A stretch of 64,000 nucleotides of DNA, from positions 1,351,812-1,415,811 of the forward strand of contig OZ244716.1 in the NCBI GenBank assembly GCA_965219025.1, given 5' to 3'. Every line of letters starts with the position of its first letter. Position 1 is the first letter of the stretch. The stretch is from Dehalococcoidia bacterium. GTDB lineage: Bacteria; Chloroflexota; Dehalococcoidia; Lucifugimonadales; UBA2985. The notes under the pieces are model-generated. The model had not been told where the DNA came from and did no database searches. It was given only the letters and a program-made list of their open reading frames with translations. The translations under genes were made by a program, and so were the position numbers. Below, in pieces: positions 57,357-64,000 of this stretch.

Positions 57357-58559
57357 ATGGCAGACATGAGCTCGGAGAGGGCACTGATTGAGGTCGAGGG
57401 CCTGTGGAAGGTGTTCGGCGACAGGCCGGACAGGGTCTTCCAGTCGGAGTATGAGTCGACGAGCCGCGCCGAGATCCAGGAGGCGCTGGGCTTGGTGGTG
57501 GCCCTGAGAGACGTCTCGTTCCGGGTTCTTGCCGGTAACATATTCGTCGTGATGGGCCTGTCCGGCAGCGGCAAGTCCACGCTGGTGCGCTGCCTCATCC
57601 GGCTCATTGAGGCTACGAGCGGGCAGATCTGCTTTGACGGCGAAGACATCCGCAACTACTCGCCCAAGGAGCTCATGCAGTTCCGCCGGACCAAGATCGC
57701 CATGGTATTCCAGCACTACTCCCTGCTTCCCCACAGGAACGTCCTGGACAACGTGGCGTACGGCCTGAAGATCCGGGGTACGGACAAGGAGGCAAGGTAC
57801 AAGGCGGCTGAGGAGGCCATTGAGGTTGTGGGTCTGGGCGGCTGGGAGAACTACTTCCCGCGTGAGATGAGCGGTGGTATGCAGCAGCGCGTCGGGTTGG
57901 CGAGGGCCCTGGTGATGAACTCCGAGGTAATCCTCATGGACGAGCCCTTCAGCGGTCTCGATCCCCTGATACGAAGGGAGATGCAGGACCAGCTTATCAC
58001 CCTGCAGTCGAACCTTCATAAGACTATCGTCTTCATCACTCACGACCTCAATGAAGCCCTCAAGCTGGGCGACCGCATCGCGATAATGCGGGACGGGGAG
58101 ATCATCCAGGAGGGTTCGCCCGAGGAGATCGTGATGCTGCCGACCGATGACTACGTCATCGAGTTCGTGCGTGACGTGTCCAGAGCAAAGATCATCAGGG
58201 CCAAGGCAATCATGCGAGAGCCCGACGTGGTGGTGTACGAGAGGCAGAACCCGCGGGTCGCACTGCACGCCATGCTGAATCACGGCATCGATGCGGTGTT
58301 CCTGATAGCACGAGACTTCACGCTGCGGGGGATACTCACCCGACAGCTGGCAAACGAAATGGTGTCGGAGCGAAGGGAGTCGTTGGAGGGCGCACAGGTC
58401 GTCGAGCCGGTTACAACCGACCCGGAAGACCATATCGAGGACATTGTACCGAAGTCTGCCCAGTCCGAGTATCCGATCGCGGTCGTGGGCGAAAATGGGA
58501 GCCTGCTGGGGGAGGTCCCCCGTAGCGTACTGCTGGCGAGCATTTCCGAAAACGGTTAG
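57357..58559 (+). CDS. proV: glycine betaine/proline ABC transporter ATP-binding protein with CBS domains
   Basis: VMGLSGSGKSTL, MSGGMQQRVGLARAL, DPLIRREMQDQL; start 57357 or 57366. Confidence 0.92.
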   Translation: MADMSSERALIEVEGLWKVFGDRPDRVFQSEYESTSRAEIQEALGLVVALRDVSFRVLAGNIFVVMGLSGSGKSTLVRCLIRLIEATSGQICFDGEDIRNYSPKELMQFRRTKIAMVFQHYSLLPHRNVLDNVAYGLKIRGTDKEARYKAAEEAIEVVGLGGWENYFPREMSGGMQQRVGLARALVMNSEVILMDEPFSGLDPLIRREMQDQLITLQSNLHKTIVFITHDLNEALKLGDRIAIMRDGEIIQEGSPEEIVMLPTDDYVIEFVRDVSRAKIIRAKAIMREPDVVVYERQNPRVALHAMLNHGIDAVFLIARDFTLRGILTRQLANEMVSERRESLEGAQVVEPVTTDPEDHIEDIVPKSAQSEYPIAVVGENGSLLGEVPRSVLLASISENG

Positions 58560-58569
58560 GAGTTCTGAC

Positions 58570-59622
58570 ATGGCACAAGAACAGAGTGTTGAGTCCCGCG
58601 GTGTCGAGACACAGACGGCGCAATCGGAGTGGCGCATTCGCTCGCTAGTCTACAGCTGGGGGATAGGGCTGGCGGCGGTGGTGGCAATACTCGCGGCGAG
58701 TCTCGTGGTCTGGGGCTCTGAGATGGACTTTCCAACCACCGTGTCCAGCAGGACCATCGGGGACGTAGTCCTCGACAGGTCGCTCAAGGACGTCACCGCG
58801 GGCGCCATCGATGACTCGGTTGACTGGATTACGCTGCAGGGCGCCTGGCTGTTCGACGGACTGAGCACAGGGGTTACGTACGCGTTGATAAACATCGAAG
58901 CGGTCCTGAAGTGGACGCCCTGGCCCGCCGTCGTGGCCGGCCTGGCCCTGGTTTCCTTTGCCGTGGGCCGTTGGGGCCTCACGGCCTTCACTGCCCTATC
59001 CTTGCTCTTCGTCGGGTTCATGGGGCTTTGGGAGAACATGATGGACACGGTAGCGCTGATGGTGGTGGCGGTGGTCATCGCAGTGGCCATCGGGCTGCCG
59101 CTTGGCATCCTGGCCGCCCGCAACCGTACTGCGGACTACCTCTTGCGTCCCATCCTGGACGGGATGCAGACCATGCCCAGCTTCGTCTACCTGCTGCCCG
59201 GCATTCTCTTCTTCGGGCTGGGCAAGCCGGCGGGAATCTTCGCCACCATCATCTATGCGGTCCCGCCCGTGATAAGGCTCACGAACCTGGGAATACGTCA
59301 GGTGGCCGCGGAGACGGTGGAGGCTTCCCGCTCATTCGGCGCGTCGCCGTGGCAGCTGCTGACCACGGTGCAGATACCCATGGCTCTCCCCACGATCATG
59401 GCCGGCATCAACCAGACCACGATGATGGCCCTGGCAATGGTCACCATCGCGAGCATGGTGGCCGCGGGCGGGCTTGGGGACGACGTGCTGCGGGCGCTGC
59501 AGAAGAACCAGTCGGGCAACGGGGCAATCGCCGGCCTGGCCATCGTGTCCCTGGCCATCATCATCGACCGCTTGACGCAGTCCGTTGCCGCCAGCAGGCG
59601 GGATAGGATGAGCGTAGGCTAG
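58570..59622 (+). CDS. proW: glycine betaine/proline ABC transporter permease
   Basis: PILDGMQTMPSFVYLLP, RLTNLGIRQV, IMAGINQTTMMAL. Confidence 0.92.
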   Translation: MAQEQSVESRGVETQTAQSEWRIRSLVYSWGIGLAAVVAILAASLVVWGSEMDFPTTVSSRTIGDVVLDRSLKDVTAGAIDDSVDWITLQGAWLFDGLSTGVTYALINIEAVLKWTPWPAVVAGLALVSFAVGRWGLTAFTALSLLFVGFMGLWENMMDTVALMVVAVVIAVAIGLPLGILAARNRTADYLLRPILDGMQTMPSFVYLLPGILFFGLGKPAGIFATIIYAVPPVIRLTNLGIRQVAAETVEASRSFGASPWQLLTTVQIPMALPTIMAGINQTTMMALAMVTIASMVAAGGLGDDVLRALQKNQSGNGAIAGLAIVSLAIIIDRLTQSVAASRRDRMSVG

Positions 59623-59747
59623 CGGCGCGGCGGAGACATGCGCAGCCGCTCCTTCTCCCGCTTGCCGCAACGGGCACGCTTCCTTGCCTGCCGAATTGAG
59701 GCTTGCTATACTAGCGCCTACCCGAAAGCGAAGGGCCTTGAACGGAC

Positions 59748-61238
59748 ATGGTCAACGGAGCTAAGTACGAGACGGTCATTGGTCTGGAGGTGCACGCACA
59801 GCTCCTCACCAGGAGCAAGATGTTCTGCGCCTGCCCCGCGGAGTACGTGCAGGGCGCGCCCAACACCGTGGTCTGCCCGGTATGCCTGGCGCTGCCCGGC
59901 GTGCTGCCCGTCATCAACCGTCGCGCGGTGGAGTGCGTCATCATGACCGGCCTCGCGCTCAACGCATCCATCGCCGGGACGACTCAGTTCCATCGCAAGA
60001 ACTATCCGTACCCGGACCTGATGAAGGGCTACCAGATCTCCCAGTACGACGAGCCCATCGCCTCCGGCGGCTGGCTCACGATAGACGTCGACGGGGAGCG
60101 AAGGCGCATCGGAATCGCCCGCGTACACCTGGAGGAGGACGTGGCCAAGCTGCAGCACCGGCAGGACACGCAAGGCGAGGGTTACAGCCTCGTGGACGTG
60201 AACCGTTCGGGCATACCGCTCATGGAAACCGTAAGCGAGCCGGACATGCGATCGCCGGAGGAGGCGCGGCAGTACCTCATGAACCTGCGCGTCATCCTCC
60301 AGTACCTGGGCGTATCCACGGGCAACATGGAGGACGGCAGCTTCCGGTGCGACGCCAACGTGAGCATACGCCCCGCCGGCAGCACAGAGCTGTTCACCCG
60401 CACCGAGGTCAAGAACATGAACAGCCTTCGCGCAGTCTTTCGCGCCCTAGAGTACGAGGTGGAGCGGCAGACGAGAGTGGTTGAAGAGGGCGGTCGCGTG
60501 GTGCAGGAGACCCGCGGCTGGGTGGAGGAGCGTGGCGTGACCATGTCGCAGCGCACCAAGGAGTTTGCCCACGACTACCGCTACTTCCCTGAGCCGGACC
60601 TGCCGCCCCTGTCGGTCAGCCGGGAGTGGGTGGAGGAGATCAACGAGCGCCTGCCGGAGCTGCCGGGAGCCCGCCGCGACCGGTTCGTGAGCGAGTTCGG
60701 CCTGTCCGCTTACGATGCGGGCCTCCTGACCGCCGCGAAGAACACGGCGGACTACTTCGAGGAGAGCCTGCGAGCAGGCGACTCGAAGCGGGACTCCCTG
60801 CCCGCGAAGGCCAAGGCCATCGCCAACTGGATGATGGGCGACATGGCCGGGCTTCTGAACGCTTCCGGCATCGAGCTGGAGGAGTCCTTGATCGGCCCTC
60901 ACGCCCTGTGCAGCTTCACAGACCTGATAGACTCGGGCGTGATCAGCGGCCCCGCGGCCAAGGCTGTGTTCGAGGAGATGTTCAGGTCGGGGCGCGCCGC
61001 GATGGACATCGCCGAGGAGCATGGACTGACGCAGCTGAACGACGACGCACAGCTGATAGGGGCCGTGGACCTGGTGATCCGGAGCAACTCGCAGGCTGTT
61101 GAAGACTACCTTGGAGGCAAGGAGACCGCGATCAAGTTCCTCCTGGGCCAGGTGATGAAGGAGACGCGGGGCAGGGCCAACCCCGCATCCGTGACCAGAC
61201 TCCTGGAGGAGAACCTTAAGACCGGAGCTAAGGGATAG
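59748..61238 (+). CDS. gatB: Asp/Glu-tRNA amidotransferase subunit B
   Basis: [45 protein letters not shown]. Confidence 0.97.
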   Translation: MVNGAKYETVIGLEVHAQLLTRSKMFCACPAEYVQGAPNTVVCPVCLALPGVLPVINRRAVECVIMTGLALNASIAGTTQFHRKNYPYPDLMKGYQISQYDEPIASGGWLTIDVDGERRRIGIARVHLEEDVAKLQHRQDTQGEGYSLVDVNRSGIPLMETVSEPDMRSPEEARQYLMNLRVILQYLGVSTGNMEDGSFRCDANVSIRPAGSTELFTRTEVKNMNSLRAVFRALEYEVERQTRVVEEGGRVVQETRGWVEERGVTMSQRTKEFAHDYRYFPEPDLPPLSVSREWVEEINERLPELPGARRDRFVSEFGLSAYDAGLLTAAKNTADYFEESLRAGDSKRDSLPAKAKAIANWMMGDMAGLLNASGIELEESLIGPHALCSFTDLIDSGVISGPAAKAVFEEMFRSGRAAMDIAEEHGLTQLNDDAQLIGAVDLVIRSNSQAVEDYLGGKETAIKFLLGQVMKETRGRANPASVTRLLEENLKTGAKG

Positions 61239-61465
61239 TGGACGCATTCTTCCAAGCTGCAACTATACTGGTTTCCATCCTGCTGGTGGGCATCATCCTG
61301 ATCCAGGTCAGGGGTCAGGGTTCGGGATTCTTCGGCACGGCGCAGGCATCGTTCCGCACGCGCCGCGGCGTTGAGAAGACGCTGTTCCAACTCACCATTG
61401 CGCTGGCCGTCGTGTTCACGCTGCTTGCGATTCTCAGCGCCGTGCGGCCCCCGTTCATTTTCTGA
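61238..61465 (+). CDS. secG: preprotein translocase subunit SecG
   Basis: ILIQVRGQGSG...RTRRGVEKTLFQLT, two TM segments. Confidence 0.88.
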   Translation: MDAFFQAATILVSILLVGIILIQVRGQGSGFFGTAQASFRTRRGVEKTLFQLTIALAVVFTLLAILSAVRPPFIF

Positions 61466-61494
61466 GCGCCGGCGGCCGCTCGAGAGGCCTCCCC

Positions 61495-62316
61495 GTGATC
61501 ACCCTCCTCACCGACTTCGGAACGCGCGACTCCTACGTTGCGGAGATGAAGGCGGTCATACTTCGGCTGGATCCGCGAGCCACAATCGTCGACATCACGC
61601 ACGAGGTGGCGCCGCAGGCGGTGGCGGAGGGAGCGGTGGTGCTTGGCCGTGCGCTCAGGGTATTCGCCCCGGATGCGGTGCACGTAGGCGTGGTGGATCC
61701 CGGCGTGGGCACCGACCGCCGCGCTCTGCTCCTGGTGACGCCGGACGGCCGGTTCCTGGCTCCGGACAACGGCCTGCTCACGTACGCAGTGAGAGATGCG
61801 CCGGAGTACGAGGAGGCCATAGCCAGCGTCGAATTCCTGCAGACCGCGGCGATGCCCGTACCTGCCGGGTGCGCCGCCTACCGGCTCTCCAACGAGGCGC
61901 TGTGGCGAAAGCCGGTTAGCGACACATTCCACGGGCGGGACGTGTTTGCGCCCGTGGCAGCTCACCTGTCGCTCGGCTTGCCACCTCAGGATGTGGGCGA
62001 ACCCGTTGCGTCGTTAGCGTGCCTCAGCATTCCGCACCCGCGCCGCCGCGGCGATGAGATCGCGGGACACGTTGTGCACGTGGACAGGTTCGGCAACCTG
62101 GTGACCACCATAGGCTGCGACGCACTGGCGGAGCGAGACGCGGAGGTGGTCGTGCGTGGCCACAGCATCCGCGGAATCAGCCGCTCCTACACGGAGGGAG
62201 GCGAGCTTCTGGCGATCATCGGCAGCGGCGGCAGCCTGGAGATTGCGGCGCGGGACAGTAGCGCGGCTCAGGCTCTGGGTGTGATTGTGGGGGAGCTCGT
62301 CGTGGTAAAGCAGTAG
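61495..62316 (+). CDS. SAM hydroxide adenosyltransferase (DUF62, halogenase family)
   Basis: ITLLTDFG, VVDPGVG, TFHGRDVFAP, HVDRFGNLVT. Confidence 0.88.
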   Translation: MITLLTDFGTRDSYVAEMKAVILRLDPRATIVDITHEVAPQAVAEGAVVLGRALRVFAPDAVHVGVVDPGVGTDRRALLLVTPDGRFLAPDNGLLTYAVRDAPEYEEAIASVEFLQTAAMPVPAGCAAYRLSNEALWRKPVSDTFHGRDVFAPVAAHLSLGLPPQDVGEPVASLACLSIPHPRRRGDEIAGHVVHVDRFGNLVTTIGCDALAERDAEVVVRGHSIRGISRSYTEGGELLAIIGSGGSLEIAARDSSAAQALGVIVGELVVVKQ

Positions 62317-62326
62317 CTGACTGTCG

Positions 62327-62587
62327 GCCCGTTCGCCCTGAGCTTGTCGAAGGGCGTGAGCGGTCTTGGGGCCCCATTCATGCTTCGACACGCTCAGCAC
62401 GAACGGGCTAGACACCGAGCCCGCGGCGCCACCACAATCGTCATTCCGAGCGGAGCGAAGCGCAGTCGAGGAATCTGGGACGATCGAGTGCCCTACACGC
62501 ATCGAGAAATTACGCCACGTGGAGCCATTGGGCGGGGTGTGTCAGAAGGCGAGACGTCCTGGATTTCTCGACTACGCTCGAAATGAC
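62327..62587. repeat. composite REP-like cluster between convergent genes
   Basis: GCCCGTTCG...CGAACGGGC inverted termini enclosing CCTGAGCTTGTCGAAGG / CTTCGACACGCTCAG; then GTCATTCCGAGCGGAGCGAAGCGCAGTCGAGGAATCT ... GATTTCTCGACTACGCTCGAAATGAC. Confidence 0.75.
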
Positions 62588-62598
62588 AACAGCCTGTC

Positions 62599-62931
62599 CT
62601 ACTCAGCTGCCTCCGTCTCGGCCAATACGACGGCCGTGCCATAGACCAGTATCTCGGACGCGCCGCCCATGATGGCCGACGTCATGAACCTCACGCCCAC
62701 AATGGCATTGGCGCCCATGGCCTCCGCCTCTTGCGTCATCCTGCCCACCGCCACCTGTCGGGACTCGGAGAGCAGCCGGCTATACTCCGAGATTTCGCCG
62801 CCCACGATGTTGCGCAGACCGGCGATGATGTCACGCCCAATGTGTCTGGCCCGGACGGTGTTCCCTCTCACCAGACCCAGCACCCGTTCGATGCTCTCGC
62901 CCTTGATCTCGTCGCTGGTCACCAGAATCAT
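62599..62931 (-). CDS. YbjQ/UPF0145 family protein
   Basis: GLVRGNTVRARHIGRDIIAGLRNIVGGE, GANAIVGVRF, VYGTAV. Confidence 0.92.
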   Translation of the reverse strand: MILVTSDEIKGESIERVLGLVRGNTVRARHIGRDIIAGLRNIVGGEISEYSRLLSESRQVAVGRMTQEAEAMGANAIVGVRFMTSAIMGGASEILVYGTAVVLAETEAAE

Positions 62932-63164
62932 CAGTCAACCTCCTCGAACCTCTCGGTCCTGCTCGTGCGAACCCTGTCAACGACCACGTAGAGCATGAGT
63001 ATCGCAAAGCCGACTGTGATGGCGGCAACAGCGATGCTGATAGCAAGGGGTACCTCGTCCGACCTGAACAGCGCCGTGAGAATGGCGTAGGCGGCGTAGC
63101 CGAATAGAACCAGCAGGCCTCCGACGATGAGAATGGCCGCCGCTCTCTGAAGTGCAGAGCCCAT
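62931..63164 (-). CDS. small two-TM membrane protein
   Basis: 77 aa, two hydrophobic helices, coupled to the ybjQ-like gene. Confidence 0.65.
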   Translation of the reverse strand: MGSALQRAAAILIVGGLLVLFGYAAYAILTALFRSDEVPLAISIAVAAITVGFAILMLYVVVDRVRTSRTERFEEVD

Positions 63165-63173
63165 GTGTGCCTC

Positions 63174-64000
63174 CTACAGCCCCAGTCTTCCTGGGTTCAT
63201 TATGCCACGCGGGTCCAGGGCGCGCTTGAGTTCCCGGAGCGTCTGCATGGATTCTCCGAGCTCGCGGCCCATGAGGTGCGACAGCCTTGTGCCGACGCCG
63301 TGCACGTACTCCATCGAGCCGCCCATGTCCTGCGCCAGGGCCAGCACCTCGTCAACGGCCTCATCGAGTCCCCCAGCGGCTCCGTTCTCCTCCAGCCCAA
63401 CGTCCACCAGCACCACGGAGAACAGCTCAGGCTGAGTCCACAGCGCGTACTCGCGTATCTGCAGGCCGGCGCGGTCGGCGATCTGCTGGCAGCGGCGGCG
63501 GTACTCCGGCACACACGAGGCCGGAATTGCGACGTGCGGGTAGGCGCTGGTGCGGGGCCACCCCCTGCTTTCGGGGCGCACCTGCAGGGGCGCGTCTAGG
63601 AATCGCTCCTTGTAGCGGTAGGCAGAATCGTGACGCTTGGCCCAGTACTCGAGGGCAGGCTCCGGGCCGATGTCGCTGCCGCGGCTGGCGTCGCATATGC
63701 GAGCGGCGCGGGCGCACTGAGCCTCCACCTCCTCCGCGTACCCTTCGAATACCATGTACAGCCATATCTTGAATGGCGGAGGGCGGCCGGGCGCTCCGGC
63801 CCGCGAGTCGTCCGGCTCCTCGGTCAGGTCCACGAGCGCGGGCCGCAGACCTATTGCGAACATCTCGAGCATGGCGTTGTAGCCGTCCTCAAACGTCGGA
63901 AAGTCATAGGCACGGAACTCGCGCGCCTCCGGTTCGCGGAACACCCTGAGAGTGGCCTCCGTTACGATGCCGAACACCCCTTCCGCGCCGATGAACAGGT
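63174..64000 (-). CDS. FAD-binding oxidoreductase (VAO/GlcD/alkyl-DHAP synthase family), C-terminal part; runs off the window
   Basis: FGIVTEATLR, SMEYVHGVG, KRALDPRGIMNPG. Confidence 0.85.
   Translation of the reverse strand, partial: LFIGAEGVFGIVTEATLRVFREPEAREFRAYDFPTFEDGYNAMLEMFAIGLRPALVDLTEEPDDSRAGAPGRPPPFKIWLYMVFEGYAEEVEAQCARAARICDASRGSDIGPEPALEYWAKRHDSAYRYKERFLDAPLQVRPESRGWPRTSAYPHVAIPASCVPEYRRRCQQIADRAGLQIREYALWTQPELFSVVLVDVGLEENGAAGGLDEAVDEVLALAQDMGGSMEYVHGVGTRLSHLMGRELGESMQTLRELKRALDPRGIMNPGRLGL

Noticed and set aside
61495-62316. Fluorinase or chlorinase
   Set aside because: TFHGRD supplies the His/Arg of the Asp-Arg-His triad of SAM hydroxide adenosyltransferases, which halogenases lack
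1-64000. Many long overlapping or antisense ORFs in the track (e.g. 6670-7803, 9766-11079, 18283-19560, 26164-27576, 26754-28412, 43097-44368, 57213-58637)
   Set aside because: Shadow ORFs expected in high-GC DNA; they lie opposite well-supported genes and have no recognisable motifs
1-64000. CRISPR array or transposase
   Set aside because: No regularly spaced repeats with unique spacers; the repeats seen are REP-like hairpins or coding repeats; no DDE or HUH transposase motifs recognised

Overview
High-GC bacterial chromosomal segment, most likely a Chloroflexota (Dehalococcoidia/SAR202-like) genome. This is an inference from gene content and order: rel-rpsT, gatB-secG, a tRNA-Ile(GAT) outside an rRNA operon, thiolase-like/DUF35 paralogs and many lipoproteins. 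Housekeeping blocks (cyclophilin, coaE, CbbQ/NorQ + vWA pair, Gld-like ABC operon + cinA, rel, rpsT, queC, glycine-betaine ABC, gatB, secG) alternate with accessory DNA. Main observations: (1) a compact, translationally coupled phage DNA-packaging operon (small-terminase-like, large terminase, Cys4-HTH regulator, portal, small membrane proteins) with no capsid, tail or integrase, preceded by a sigma70 promoter overlapped by a LexA-like box; (2) a HAD phosphatase gene with the hallmarks of an integron gene cassette (complementary core sites, one intact and one degenerate attC) but no integrase; (3) tRNA-Val(CAC) and a D-arm-deleted, T-loop-mutated copy 6.2 kb downstream, bracketing a small island; (4) a methyltransferase-HNH fusion; (5) a sulfatase-fold protein with Thr at the formylglycine position; (6) a pseudogene-rich accessory region (39-54 kb) around tRNA-Ile, with a serpin, LppX-like lipoproteins and a truncated permease/anti-sigma-like fusion; (7) REP-like palindromic clusters at convergent gene junctions. 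No CRISPR array, rRNA or transposase was seen. All family assignments come from motif recognition by eye, not from database searches.
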